Part shown: positions 31,965-42,501 of the stretch, piece after piece
Layout of the letters: each line of letters opens with the position of its first letter
Position numbering within the stretch: the first letter of the stretch is position 1
Assembly: GCA_963772365.1 (NCBI GenBank)
Contig: CAVYXA010000001.1
Span: 352,001 to 416,000 of the forward strand
From: an uncultured Verrucomicrobiae bacterium
GTDB lineage: Bacteria; Verrucomicrobiota; Verrucomicrobiia; Chthoniobacterales; UBA10450
Length of the DNA stretch: 64,000 bases
Direction: 5' to 3'
Translations under genes and position numbers: made by a program
The notes under the pieces: model-generated
Database searches by the model: none
What the model saw: only the letters and a program-made list of their open reading frames with translations
What the model was told of the DNA's origin: nothing

Positions 31965-32948
31965 TTGATTAACGTGCTGCGATTCGAGGGTCTCTTCATG
32001 GTTACACGCAAACTTGTAACGACTTTTCTCCTCTTTGTGACGCTCACGGGCAGCGTGCGCCTGGCCGAATGCGCGCAGGCATTGATCATCGTGGATACTC
32101 AAACCGGTTATGTGCTTAGTTCCGAAGCACCGCGGGACAAGCGGCAAATTGGCAGCCTGACCAAGATCGCCACGGCCATGGTCGTTTTGGATTGGGCAGA
32201 GCGGAACGGAGGGGATATCGGCCAAATCGCTACAGTTCCGCAGGAGGCGTTCATCGGAGCTACCGAGAACCCCATTGGTTTTCAACCCGGCGATCGGATC
32301 AACTTGCGCGATCTGCTCTACGCGGCCTTGGTTCAATCGGACAACATCGCCGCGAACACACTGGCGAACCACGTCGGCTCCACTTTGCAATCACTCGTCC
32401 CGGCTAAATCTGGCAAGGTGACGCCTACGATCGCATTCGTCGGTCAAATGAATGCCCTTGCTGGGAAGTTGAAAATGGAACGCACCCGGTTCGTAAACCC
32501 GAGCGGAATCGATTACCAGGTCAAGCCGTTGCCTTTTTCGAGCGCCGAAGACATGGCGCGGCTAACTCGCTACGCAATGGAAAAGGCAAGCTTTCGGTTT
32601 TATGTATCGCAAAAGGAACGCCTCATTTCATTTCAGCGCGGGCCGCGCACTTTGCGCTACATGCTAAGAAATACAAATACGCTGGTTGGCAGCAATGGCA
32701 TCGATGGTGTTAAAACGGGCAGCACGGCCCGGGCAGGCGATTGTCTCATTCTTTCGGCGACGCGCGAGCCTGAGGTCCATAAGATCGACGAGGACCACGC
32801 TACCGTTTTTCCGCGGCGTCTTATCATTGTTTTGCTCGGGAGCGGCAACCGCTTCGGTGAAGGCGCTGCAATGGTTCAGCGCGGCTGGCAGCTTTATGAG
32901 CAATGGGCTGCTGCAGGTCGGCCGGTCGATCCAGAAAAGCAGCTCTAA
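31965..32948 (+). CDS. D-alanyl-D-alanine carboxypeptidase (peptidase S11)
   Basis: SLTK, SDN and KTG motifs; start uncertain. Confidence 0.9.
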   Translation: MINVLRFEGLFMVTRKLVTTFLLFVTLTGSVRLAECAQALIIVDTQTGYVLSSEAPRDKRQIGSLTKIATAMVVLDWAERNGGDIGQIATVPQEAFIGATENPIGFQPGDRINLRDLLYAALVQSDNIAANTLANHVGSTLQSLVPAKSGKVTPTIAFVGQMNALAGKLKMERTRFVNPSGIDYQVKPLPFSSAEDMARLTRYAMEKASFRFYVSQKERLISFQRGPRTLRYMLRNTNTLVGSNGIDGVKTGSTARAGDCLILSATREPEVHKIDEDHATVFPRRLIIVLLGSGNRFGEGAAMVQRGWQLYEQWAAAGRPVDPEKQL

Positions 32949-32962
32949 CGGTTTCCAATGAA

Positions 32963-34039
32963 ATGAGGCCACGGATTGGTGTTCTGACCAGCGGGGGCGA
33001 TTGCCCGGGTCTTAATGCCGTCCTGCGCGGGGTCGTCTTGGCTTCGGAAAAGCTGGGTTGGGAAGTGGTGGGATTTCGCGACGGGTTCGAAGGTCTGCTG
33101 CCGCCGGGCGATCACGTTATTCTCGATCATCGAAACACGACCGGCATCATGGCCCTGGGCGGCACTATTATCGGCACGACCAATCGAGGTCATTTCGTCG
33201 CCAAAGTCGGAGCGGGCGATCGGACGGTCGTGCCTGCCAATGTCATTGCCGGCGCCAGGAAAATTCTGACCGATCTCAATGTGAAAGCATTGATCATTGT
33301 CGGAGGTGATGGCTCAATGAACACCGCTCAACAGTTACAGGAAGCGGGGATCAATTGCATCGGAGTGCCGAAGACGATCGACAACGATCTGGAGGCTACC
33401 GCCGTCACGTTCGGGTTCGATTCTGCTGTCGATGTTGTTATGGACGCACTCGATCGCCTTCACACGACTGCCATGAGCCACAAGCGCGTGATGGTGGTGG
33501 AAGTGATGGGACGACATGCTGGCTGGATCGCACTCCACGGCGGCATCGCCGGTGGCGCCGATATCATCCTCATTCCCGAAATCCCGTTCGACTACGGCAA
33601 GATTGCCGACGTTATCAAAGCTCGCGATATGGCCGGTTATCTTGGAACGGTTGTGGTCGTTGCCGAAGGCGCTCGGCCACGCAACGGCCAACAGGTCAAA
33701 CGCGATGTCGAAGGCGGTGAATTCAAGCTGGGTGGCATAGGCGAAATCGTCGCTCGCGAAATTGCCCAACGCACCGGCAAAGAAACGCGTTGTTGTGTGC
33801 TTGGGCACTTGCAGCGTGGAGGAGCGCCTACGACGTTGGACCGAATTCTCGCCACGCGATTCGGAGTGAAAGCCGTGCAATTGGCTAACGAAGGCCATTT
33901 TGGATCAATGGTGAGCTACCAAAGTTATCAGGTCCGCCACGTGCCAATCGCCGACGCCGTCAACCGACTCCGTCTCGTTCCGCCGAACGGCGAGCTCGTC
34001 CAAACCGCGCGCGACGTCGATATTTCTTTCGGCGACTAG
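32963..34039 (+). CDS. pfkA: 6-phosphofructokinase
   Basis: LTSGGDCPGLNA, GGDGS, PKTIDND, EVMGR, LGHLQRGG. Confidence 0.95.
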   Translation: MRPRIGVLTSGGDCPGLNAVLRGVVLASEKLGWEVVGFRDGFEGLLPPGDHVILDHRNTTGIMALGGTIIGTTNRGHFVAKVGAGDRTVVPANVIAGARKILTDLNVKALIIVGGDGSMNTAQQLQEAGINCIGVPKTIDNDLEATAVTFGFDSAVDVVMDALDRLHTTAMSHKRVMVVEVMGRHAGWIALHGGIAGGADIILIPEIPFDYGKIADVIKARDMAGYLGTVVVVAEGARPRNGQQVKRDVEGGEFKLGGIGEIVAREIAQRTGKETRCCVLGHLQRGGAPTTLDRILATRFGVKAVQLANEGHFGSMVSYQSYQVRHVPIADAVNRLRLVPPNGELVQTARDVDISFGD

Positions 34040-34045
34040 CCCCAG

Positions 34046-34123
34046 GCTGTAGCGTGCGCTCTCCTCAGCGCAGAACTCGCTCGGCAATGTCGAGGATCCG
34101 CTGAGGACAGCGGACACTACAGC
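34046..34123. repeat. GTAG-type REP doublet (inverted pair)
   Basis: gctgtagcgtgcgctctcctcagcg ... cgctgaggacagcggacactacagc; second copy at ~41553-41633. Confidence 0.7.
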
Positions 34124-34189
34124 ATCGGCCTGAGGCGGTAACCGGCCAGATGCGGCATTGAAACGAGTACGATAATGTGCAGCCGCTCT

Positions 34190-35137
34190 ATGACTCAAAT
34201 TGCTGCGCGTGTACAAAGCACCGATTCGGTGCTGATGATCCGCCCGAGCCGATTCTATCCGAATCCGGAAACGGCGAAGGATAATGCATTCCAATCCCGC
34301 AGTCACCGGACCGATCGCAGCTCAGATGCGTTGACGCTGGCGGCGAGAAAGGAATTCGACGCAGCCGTGCACACCTTGCGCGCGGCTGGCGTGAACGCGC
34401 ATGTTTTTGAAGATACAACTGAGCCGGAAAAGCCCGACGCCGTTTTCCCCAACAACTGGATCTCGATGTTTCACGATGGGCGCATCGCTCTTTTTCCAAT
34501 GTATTCAGCCTTGCGACGGCGCGAACGTCGGCGGGACATTATCGAGGAGCTGCGTGAGCACTACCGGATTACGGACGTGATCGACTACTCGGCGTTCGAA
34601 AATGAAGGTTCCTATCTGGAAGGCACAGGCAGTCTGGTGCTTGATCACCTGAACAAAATCGCCTACGCCTCGATCTCAAATCGCTCCGATCCGAAGGTAA
34701 TCCGACGCTTTGCCGATGATTTCGGCTACGAACCGATCACCTTCACCAGCATCGGCCTGAATGGCCAGCCGATCTATCACACCAATGTGATGATGTGTAT
34801 CGGAACCGGTTTTGCGATGATTGGTCTGGAAATGATTCCCGACAAAGCCGAGCGGCAAAACGTGCGTGGGCGTTTGGAGAAGACCGGAAAAGAGATCGTT
34901 GAGCTATCGGAAGATCAGATCGCGAACTTCGCCGGCAATGCCATTGAACTACACAACGCCGCTGGCGAGAAACTGCTCGTGCTTTCCAGTCGCGCCGCTC
35001 GAGCGTTGAGTGAGAAACAACGCGAAACATTGAGCGGTCACGCGCGACTCGTACGACTTGAACTCCCAACCATCGAACTCGCCGGTGGCAGCGCGCGCTG
35101 CATGATCACGACGATTCACCTGCCGCCGCGACTGTAA
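34190..35137 (+). CDS. amidinotransferase family protein (CtlX / arginine deiminase-related)
   Basis: PDAVFPNNW, LEGTGS, IYHTNV, GGSARCM. Confidence 0.9.
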   Translation: MTQIAARVQSTDSVLMIRPSRFYPNPETAKDNAFQSRSHRTDRSSDALTLAARKEFDAAVHTLRAAGVNAHVFEDTTEPEKPDAVFPNNWISMFHDGRIALFPMYSALRRRERRRDIIEELREHYRITDVIDYSAFENEGSYLEGTGSLVLDHLNKIAYASISNRSDPKVIRRFADDFGYEPITFTSIGLNGQPIYHTNVMMCIGTGFAMIGLEMIPDKAERQNVRGRLEKTGKEIVELSEDQIANFAGNAIELHNAAGEKLLVLSSRAARALSEKQRETLSGHARLVRLELPTIELAGGSARCMITTIHLPPRL

Positions 35138-35185
35138 CATCTATCGAAGGAATCGACGTGAGCACACGCGCGCGCACGCGGTCAA

Positions 35186-35215
35186 TCTGGGTAGCGCACG
35201 CGTCACGCGTGCTGG
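35186..35215 (+). repeat. GTAG-type REP-like hairpin
   Basis: tctgggtagcgcacgcgtcacgcgtgctgg; second copy at 47150-47179 with one mismatch. Confidence 0.7.
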
Positions 35216-35418
35216 TTTCGGAGTCGCGCCGAAACTGTCTTTTCGCCTGCTGGTCTTTTTTCCGCGCAACAGAGCTTAACTAAGTCCTCGGCCGCCGCCC
35301 GCGCGCCTTCGATTCCCTCGCCATGCGTAGTCAGCCCTAACGCCGGGAGGTGCGCATAATAAGAACCGGACGGCAGTTCGCCATTCTCAATTTTTTCAAG
35401 GAGAATGCCGGAAGTCAT
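35203..35418 (-). pseudogene. HicB-like antitoxin, probably degenerate
   Basis: YYAHLPALGLTTHGEGIEGARAAAEDL; 3' end runs into a REP. Confidence 0.55.
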
Positions 35419-35437
35419 CGGGCGCCACCTTGGTGCA

Positions 35438-35656
35438 CTAGCCAGAAGTCGCGGTACCAACGTTCTCCAAGACAACCTTCCGCAGCGTTTCCCCGGTGCC
35501 GAACCGTCGCACTGCATCGAGAATCTCGATGCCCGCCAGATGTCCATCGGCATCGAATTCAAGAGCGACACCTTCGCCCACTTCCTTCGTCGTGACGGTC
35601 GTTTCCTTGAAAGTGATGCTCATCGCATCGCATTCTTCATCGTAGCTGATTTTCAT
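35438..35656 (-). CDS. DUF2283 protein (putative antitoxin)
   Basis: MKISYD...DAM.I...EFDADGHLAGIEILDA. Confidence 0.85.
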   Translation of the reverse strand: MKISYDEECDAMSITFKETTVTTKEVGEGVALEFDADGHLAGIEILDAVRRFGTGETLRKVVLENVGTATSG

Positions 35657-35665
35657 CGAAGGTGC

Positions 35666-35920
35666 TCAATAGTAGAACACGTAAACAGTTACGACAACTA
35701 TCTCGTCCGCCTCCTCGACAAAGATAGGACGAACAAGTTTTCGCTCATAACGCCGACCGTTCCATTCCGTGCCGAATGCGAATTCCAGCTCGCATTCAAG
35801 TCGTCCGAGTTCCGCGCTGCGCCATGACGCCGTCTGTATCGCAGTCTCAACCTCCTCGATCGTAAAGCCTCGGCGGGCGAGATAGCCGCTAGCGTGTTTG
35901 GTCAAACGAATTGGTTTCAT
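35666..35920 (-). CDS. DUF4258-like putative toxin
   Basis: IRLTKHA...RRG...EEVE.AI...IVVVTVY; paired with DUF2283. Confidence 0.7.
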   Translation of the reverse strand: MKPIRLTKHASGYLARRGFTIEEVETAIQTASWRSAELGRLECELEFAFGTEWNGRRYERKLVRPIFVEEADEIVVVTVYVFYY

Positions 35921-36002
35921 ATGCGGAGGATCGCGATATGCGTGTAAAACATCTACGCTACTTAAATTGCGACCAATTTTGTGGGCACAAGCTAAATAGA
36001 TT

Positions 36003-36923
36003 CTATTTGGGAGAGAGCTGTGACGCTTTCCGCTGCTGTGCTTTGGTTTGCCAGCTTAAAGGAAAAAATGTGTTTGGTTCTGTATATCGCGATCGTGCTC
36101 GGATGGCTGCCAATGCGTGCCTACGTTCCTCGTACCATTTCCGGTTTTCATACAGGTGCCATGCGTCCGGAAGCTTCAGGCGAATCTCCGCCAGCGTGAA
36201 GTGATGAAGAAGACGCATCATTCCTATGCGTTCGAGTGCCACAAGCATATCCCGATTCTTGCGTCCGCGAGCATTCCATCTCGAAACTTTGGGTGGAGCG
36301 CACGTTTCAAGAATTCTCCCGATAGCCGAGAGAATGCGCTTTGTACTCAGCCGCCAATTGATCGTGAGAAGAATAGTGGTGTAATCAGAATAATGAAATT
36401 TTAGCGGAAGCCCTGGATCTATCCTACTCCGCTTGAAATGACCGATCGCATCCCACCAGGAGCCGACATGGACTACATTTTCGAGCCGAGACTTTTCGAG
36501 AATTGAGACTCCTTGTTCTCTTTGCGATCGTGGAAGGCGGAGCCACGGTTGGCTCCAGTTGAGTAACACTGGCCGAAGCTGCTTTGCGCGCCATCGATTA
36601 AATTCTAGGCGCCGCTTGGCTAAGCCCCACTTGTGCAGGAGATGAAAATCGCGGGTCGATATAAAATCCGAAAATACGACGCTAACTTGAAAAGCTGCCT
36701 TTTCAGCGTCGCTGAAATTGAGATTTCGTCCTTTCAAAATTCGTCTCTGCGCAGGCGATAATCGCGGTTTACGTATGGATAACTGACCAGTAAGCCACAG
36801 TCTCGCTTTAGCCGCTATTTCGTGAACATCCGGGCATTCACGCAGGATTTCCCATGCAAGTGCCGCTCTCAATTCCTTGGTGGGGAGTTCTGAAAAATCC
36901 CAATCCTCGCGAACGAGCTGCAT
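36003..36923 (-). CDS. hypothetical protein
   Basis: 306-aa ORF directly downstream of the MTase, basic and Trp-rich. Confidence 0.6.
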   Translation of the reverse strand: MQLVREDWDFSELPTKELRAALAWEILRECPDVHEIAAKARLWLTGQLSIRKPRLSPAQRRILKGRNLNFSDAEKAAFQVSVVFSDFISTRDFHLLHKWGLAKRRLEFNRWRAKQLRPVLLNWSQPWLRLPRSQREQGVSILEKSRLENVVHVGSWWDAIGHFKRSRIDPGLPLKFHYSDYTTILLTINWRLSTKRILSAIGRILETCAPPKVSRWNARGRKNRDMLVALERIGMMRLLHHFTLAEIRLKLPDAWHLYENRKWYEERRHALAAIRARSRYTEPNTFFPLSWQTKAQQRKASQLSPK

Positions 36924-36935
36924 CGTGTGTGGCGC

Positions 36936-38696
36936 TTACAACATCTCCGTTTGTTTCTCGCGCGCCGGTTCCCGCGCTGCGATCGCGAAGGGATTCAGTT
37001 GCGGTGGGGCGTCGATGCGTTCGGTGCCGTTGAGCAGGCCTTCGACAGTCAAGATTTGAATCTTTGGATAATCTTTGTCGTGCCAGAGCTTGGATGTGAA
37101 CCGGCCGGCATCGGCGGCTTCGGTGCGCATTTGTTTGCTTGGTTTTTCCAGCGTGACCAACACGCCGCCGGCAGCCTTCTGATTTTCGACATCGCCGAGC
37201 AGTGTCGCAACATCGCCGCGATTTACTCCGCCGCCTTTGACCTGCACAATGATCTTTTCGCGGTAGACCTTGTCCGTTTGTAGGGCAACCGCTCCGGTTG
37301 CCGGCTTCGTCATGCCCGTCCGGCTCGGACTGGCAGGCGATGCGCCTGCCCTACAATTTTCTGTTTCGTAGAAATAGAGCAAGCCATCGACGCCGCGATC
37401 CGCGCCTTTGCCTTCGCCTTCTTTCAACGGACGCGCGCCGATGAGTGATAACGCCCAATGTTGGAATTGGAATTTGTCCAATTCGGCGAGCCGTTTCGCG
37501 CTTTCGAAGTCGGTCGGCTGACCTTTCTCTTCGAACTCGATCTCTTCGCCGAAGGCATCTTTCAATCGTCGCTTGATCAAATTGATCGCCAGATAGGTGA
37601 TGTCGATCCCGATCCATTGTCGATCTAACTTCTGCGCTGCATGAATCGTCGTGCCGCACCCGCAAAAAGGATCGAGGACAACGTCTCCGGCATTTGTTGA
37701 AGCGCTGACAATTCTTTCAAGCAGGCTAACAGGCTTTTGTGTCGGATACCCGAGTCGCTCCTGCGCTTGGGAATTTATCGGGAAAATGTCGGTAACGATA
37801 TCCTGAATAACCGTGCCGCTGCTCAAATAACGCTTGAAGCGCGGGAATCCTCCCGTTGCGGATTTTGGCCAGTGAATCAGCCCGTGCTGATCGAGCAAAT
37901 CCAACTTCTCAATCGTCGACATTTTGGCCGCTTTCTCAGTACCCACAATTTCTTCCACTGCTTTTCGACTCACTTTCCAGTGTGAACCTTTGCTGGTCAC
38001 ATTGAAACCGCGCCACGTATCGCCGGACGATCCGCCGCGCGTACCGGGCCCTGTGAGATTGTCATCCGCCCATCGTTTGCCGTCTTTGTCTAGGTGCTTG
38101 TAACGAGCGGCGTATTCCTCGGTGTGCTCTACCAAGACGGGATTCCAAGTGTACTCGTCGGAGATAGTATAGAACAACAACGTGTCATGAACGTCGCCCC
38201 ACCGTTTTGCAGCGGAATGTGCGCTTGTTCTCTTCCAGATAATCTCATTTCGGAAATTCCGAGGGCCGAAAACTCCATCGAGCAACATTTTTAAAAAGTG
38301 ACTCGCAGTTGGATCGCAATGCAGATAAAGGCTGCCGGTTGGTTTGAGAACGCGATGAAGCTCGACGAGGCGCGGGGCCATCATCGCGAGATAAGCCATC
38401 ATCGGTGAATGTTTGAGGAAGCTATGGAGCGCTTCCATCAGCTCGATCACGGCGACGTTCGGGCAGTTGTCGATGAACTGATGATACGTGTCGGCTGCAT
38501 CGGCCCAGCTCCAGGTGTCGGTGAAGGCGTGGAATTGCGCCTGGCTTACCTGTCCGCTCGGCTCGCGAAAGAGGACGTTGTAATCCGCGTTCGAATTAAA
38601 CGGCGGATCCAAGTAGACAAGATCGACAGTCGCGTCAGGAAATTCTTTCCGGTCGGCAAGCCATTTTAGATTGTCGCCAAAATATAAGCGGTTCAT
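36936..38696 (-). CDS. N6/N4 DNA methyltransferase fused to an Mrr-like restriction endonuclease domain
   Basis: DPPF, YPTQKP and DPFCGCGT (beta-class MTase); D.GVDG...IVQVK (Mrr-like). Confidence 0.85.
   Translation of the reverse strand: MNRLYFGDNLKWLADRKEFPDATVDLVYLDPPFNSNADYNVLFREPSGQVSQAQFHAFTDTWSWADAADTYHQFIDNCPNVAVIELMEALHSFLKHSPMMAYLAMMAPRLVELHRVLKPTGSLYLHCDPTASHFLKMLLDGVFGPRNFRNEIIWKRTSAHSAAKRWGDVHDTLLFYTISDEYTWNPVLVEHTEEYAARYKHLDKDGKRWADDNLTGPGTRGGSSGDTWRGFNVTSKGSHWKVSRKAVEEIVGTEKAAKMSTIEKLDLLDQHGLIHWPKSATGGFPRFKRYLSSGTVIQDIVTDIFPINSQAQERLGYPTQKPVSLLERIVSASTNAGDVVLDPFCGCGTTIHAAQKLDRQWIGIDITYLAINLIKRRLKDAFGEEIEFEEKGQPTDFESAKRLAELDKFQFQHWALSLIGARPLKEGEGKGADRGVDGLLYFYETENCRAGASPASPSRTGMTKPATGAVALQTDKVYREKIIVQVKGGGVNRGDVATLLGDVENQKAAGGVLVTLEKPSKQMRTEAADAGRFTSKLWHDKDYPKIQILTVEGLLNGTERIDAPPQLNPFAIAAREPAREKQTEML
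37278..37356. repeat. REP doublet inserted in frame in the MTase-REase gene
   Basis: ttgtagggca...tgccctacaa termini with internal hairpins. Confidence 0.75.
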
Positions 38697-38939
38697 GCAG
38701 GGAAACAGTGAGAGATTTCTCCACTTCGGTCGAAATGACAAGGGTCCTCCCGGAATGACAAGTAGGTGAAGCGGCACGCTGCTCGCGAAATAGGGACAAA
38801 GTTCGCGATTGCGAGGGCGCAATCGGTCCGAGCCGGACTAGCGTTACACGCGAGGCGCGTGCGCTACCCTGCGATCCGGGATCGTCGATCTTATCGGCTC
38901 GACGCGTCGGTCGAAATTAGCGACGATTTGCGCTGAACG

Positions 38940-41360
38940 ATGTCTGCCGAGAACCAAATCCCTCTGGAGATTGGCCATGTCCTCTTCATCGACATTGTCG
39001 GTTATTCCAAGCTGTTGATTAACGAACAGACCGAGCAGCTCCGGAAATTACACGAGATCATTCGCAGTACCGGGCAAGTCCGCGCCGCCGAAGCGGAAGG
39101 GAAATTGCGGCGCCTTCCGACAGGCGATGGCGGTGCGCTGGTTTTTCGCAACAGCCCGGAAGCGCCAGTTTTGTGCGCGCTTGAGATTGGCGAGAAACTG
39201 AAAGCGCATCCCGAGTTAGGCGTTCGCATGGGCATCCACAGCGGACCCGTTAACGAGGTCACCGATTTGAACGAGCAGATCAACATGGCCGGAGCAGGAA
39301 TTAACATCGCCCAGCGAGTGATGGATTGTGGAGACGCCGGCCACATCCTGCTCTCGAAACGTGTGGCGGATGATCTGGAGGCTTACCCGCAATGGCGGCC
39401 TTTCCTGCATGATGTCGGCGAGATCGTGGTCAAGCACGATCTTCGAATTTCCATTTTTAATCTTTACGGCAACGGGCTGGGCAATTCGTCGCTTCCGCTC
39501 AAACTCCAAGCGGCGGAACGGGATCGAGTCGGTTTGGCCGGGTCTGGGAGTTGGCTGAAACTTGCTCTTCTGTTGCTGGCCGCAGGGGCGCTGCTCATTC
39601 CACTGGCGATCTTTGCGCCGGCCATTTTGCATTCACTTCATCAGCCGACGCAGAGTACGGCACAGCCTAACAACAAGACGGCGGTAGTATCCGTTCCAGA
39701 CAAGAGCATTGCTGTTCTGCCGTTCGAGAACCTGAGCGACGATAAACAAAATGCATATTTCGCTGACGGCGTGCAGGACGAGATCCTGACTAATCTCGCC
39801 CGGATTGCCGATCTAAAGGTGATCAGCCGAACGAGTGTCATGCAATACAAAGCCGGAGCGCCGCGTGCCGCGCGCCAAATCGGAAAGGAGCTCGGCGCGG
39901 CGCATTTGTTAGAAGGCAGTGTGCAGCGGGCCGCTGGGAAAGTGCGAGTAAACGTGCAATTGATCGACGCTCGCGATGATCGGCATGAATGGGCGCAGGT
40001 TTATGATCGAGCACTTGACGATGTATTCGCGATCCAAAGCGAGATTGCGGGAGCTATTGCAGATCAGCTCGGCGCTAAATTGTCTCCAACGGAGAAACGC
40101 GCCATCGAACAGCCGCCAACGCGCGATTTGGCAGCCTACGAACTGTATCTGCGCGCGTTGACGCTTTTTGCGGACAGCACAAACCAGTTTCGCGCCGCCG
40201 AGAAACTGCCGGAGGCGGCACATCTTCTTGATGAGGCCGTCGCCCGCGATCCGACATTTCTGCTGGCCTGGTGCCGGCTGTCGCGGGTGCACAGTCTCAT
40301 CTACTGGCAGGGACACGATCATACTCCGGCAAGACTCGATCTTGCGCGCGTCGCGGCGCAGAATGCGTTGACTGTCGATCCTGATTCCGGAGAAGCGCAT
40401 CTCGCGCTGGCCGATTATTATTATCACGGCTTCCGAGATTATTCGCGGGCATACAACGAATTGGAAGTGGCCGGGCGGACTCTTCCGAACAGCGCCGAAC
40501 TTTTCGAATACCGGGGTTACATCGGCCGGCGACAAGGTCGCTGGCAGGAAGCGACCCAAAGCCTCGAGCGCGCGCTGGAACTGGACCCGCGCAACTTCTT
40601 TGTCCTGCAACAACTCGCTCTGGCCTACGAAGCGCAACGCCGTTATTCCGATCAAGCAAAAGCGTACACCCGCGCGCTGACGATCATTCCCGGCGATCCG
40701 GCAACGCGTATTTATCGCGCCGAAGTGGATCTGGCGGCGCGCGCCGACATCAGGCCTTTTCAGCAGACGCTCGCCGAGCTGATTGCGGAAAATCCGAGCG
40801 TGGCGCCGGATGTCGATGATCCTCGCTATGCGCTTTGCGAGCGCGACCTCGTGGCGGGTGAGCGCGCGTTGAAGAATTATCCAAAAGAAGGCTTGGTCGT
40901 TAACGGCGTGAATTATCCGGCTGCGTATTGGGAGGGTGTGATTGCGCGTTCCTTTGGCAATTCGGAGCGTGCGATTGCCGCATTTACGGCCGCTCGCAAA
41001 GAGGTAGGCGAAATCGCCGCTAAGCAACCGGACTTTGCCGCCGCGCTCAGCTTGCTCGGCTTGATCGATGCCGGACTTGGCAAACAGGAGGATGCGCTTC
41101 GCGAAAGCCGGCGCGCGTGCGAATTGCTTCCCATGTCGCAGGACGCGATCGATGGAGTCGCCCTGGTAGTTAATCTCGCTCAGATCTACGCGTGGTGCGG
41201 CGAAAAAGATCTCGCGATTGAACAGATTGCAAAAGTAGAGGCTGTTCCAAATTACCTGAGCTACGGCCTTCTCAAACTCCAGCCAATCTGGGATTCGCTG
41301 CGCGGCGATCAGCGCTTCGAAAAACTCGTTTCCAAAGCCAAGCAAAAGGAAAAGCTCTAG
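38940..41360 (+). CDS. adenylate/guanylate cyclase + TolB-N-like + TPR protein
   Basis: VLFIDIVGYS, TGDG, RMGIHSG, TM helix, SIAVLPFENLS, TPR repeats. Confidence 0.9.
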   Translation: MSAENQIPLEIGHVLFIDIVGYSKLLINEQTEQLRKLHEIIRSTGQVRAAEAEGKLRRLPTGDGGALVFRNSPEAPVLCALEIGEKLKAHPELGVRMGIHSGPVNEVTDLNEQINMAGAGINIAQRVMDCGDAGHILLSKRVADDLEAYPQWRPFLHDVGEIVVKHDLRISIFNLYGNGLGNSSLPLKLQAAERDRVGLAGSGSWLKLALLLLAAGALLIPLAIFAPAILHSLHQPTQSTAQPNNKTAVVSVPDKSIAVLPFENLSDDKQNAYFADGVQDEILTNLARIADLKVISRTSVMQYKAGAPRAARQIGKELGAAHLLEGSVQRAAGKVRVNVQLIDARDDRHEWAQVYDRALDDVFAIQSEIAGAIADQLGAKLSPTEKRAIEQPPTRDLAAYELYLRALTLFADSTNQFRAAEKLPEAAHLLDEAVARDPTFLLAWCRLSRVHSLIYWQGHDHTPARLDLARVAAQNALTVDPDSGEAHLALADYYYHGFRDYSRAYNELEVAGRTLPNSAELFEYRGYIGRRQGRWQEATQSLERALELDPRNFFVLQQLALAYEAQRRYSDQAKAYTRALTIIPGDPATRIYRAEVDLAARADIRPFQQTLAELIAENPSVAPDVDDPRYALCERDLVAGERALKNYPKEGLVVNGVNYPAAYWEGVIARSFGNSERAIAAFTAARKEVGEIAAKQPDFAAALSLLGLIDAGLGKQEDALRESRRACELLPMSQDAIDGVALVVNLAQIYAWCGEKDLAIEQIAKVEAVPNYLSYGLLKLQPIWDSLRGDQRFEKLVSKAKQKEKL

Positions 41361-41416
41361 CTGCCGGCTTGGAGTCTTCGATGCACGGCGCCACCATCGC
41401 CAGATACGCCATCCAC

Positions 41417-41735
41417 GGTGAGCTACCAGAATTATCAAGTCCGCCACGTCCCAATCGCAGATGCCGTCAACCGCCTCCGCCTCGTTCCGCCGAACGGCGA
41501 GCTCGTCCAAACCGCGCGCGACGTCGATATTTCTTTCGGCGACTAGTCCCAGGGCTGTAGCGTGCGCTCTCCTCAGCGCAGTACCTCGCTCGGCAATGTC
41601 GAAGATCCGGCTGAGGACAGCGGACACTACAGCATCGCTCTGTGGCGGTAACCGGCCAGATGCGGCATTGAAACGAGTACGATAATGTGCGGCTCCTCTA
41701 TGACTCAAGTTGCTGCGCCCGTTCAAAGCACCGAT
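41417..41735 (+). repeat. diverged duplicate of 33910-34225 (pfkA 3' end, REP, amidinotransferase 5' end)
   Basis: Direct alignment by eye from ggtgagctacca to caaagcaccgat. Confidence 0.9.
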
Positions 41736-42241
41736 ATCCATTGGATAGCGGGCATCAAAAGCCTTAAGATCAACCGTATGAAAATATCCCGTGAAGATGT
41801 GGCGACAAAACTGCGCGCGTATCTTTGTCACGAGCTTCCGTTGACGGACGTTGTCGATTGAGCCGAGCGGGCGATGTATGACGGCGAATTCGACAACGAC
41901 CATTTCGATGCGATTCGCGACGCCGTGCCAAACTGGGATTGGCCGATGTCAAAGCGTTCGGACTGACATTGGAAGATTGTGAAACTCTCTTAAACCGCCT
42001 CGGCTATTCCATGCGAGTGGATGTCATCAACGCCTGAGGGCGGATGCCACTGGAAAGATGTGAAGCGGAAAAAAAGCCCAAAAACTCGCGACTAAAGAGG
42101 ATTATATAAGCGGAGGAGAGCCTCTCTCGCTCGTCCGGTATCGACTTTGCATCGGGGCCCACGGCAGAGATTAAGCCGCTACGCGCGGCTCGTAATGCTG
42201 GAACTCCCAACGATTCAACTCGGGGGCGGGAGCGCGCGCGA

Positions 42242-42424
42242 GTTGAAGCGCTTCAAGCGGTTGTCACGAAAGCGCAACGCGATGTGAACGGTGCCATCCG
42301 CCCCAACCCTTACGAACGTCATCGTCCCCGTCGGAGCTACGATCAAACCGATGCGACGGGCTTTATCCAAATCAATGCGCTGCGACTAAAACTGCGGACG
42401 AAAGGTCAGCAATTCACTGAGTAA
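42242..42424 (+). pseudogene. argininosuccinate synthase (argG) 3' remnant
   Basis: EALQAVVTKAQRDVNGAIR...SYDQTDATGFIQINALRLKLR resembles the ArgG C-terminus. Confidence 0.6.
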
Positions 42425-42501
42425 ATCGATTCGGTGAGTGGGAGACCGAAGACGAAGAAGGGCTATCCTCTTTTTCTATGACCGACGTTGAACGTCATGG
42501 G

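Noticed and set aside
39909..41903. 664-aa minus-strand ORF
   Set aside because: It is antisense to the adenylate cyclase-TPR gene and the duplicated fragments, and has no recognisable motifs.
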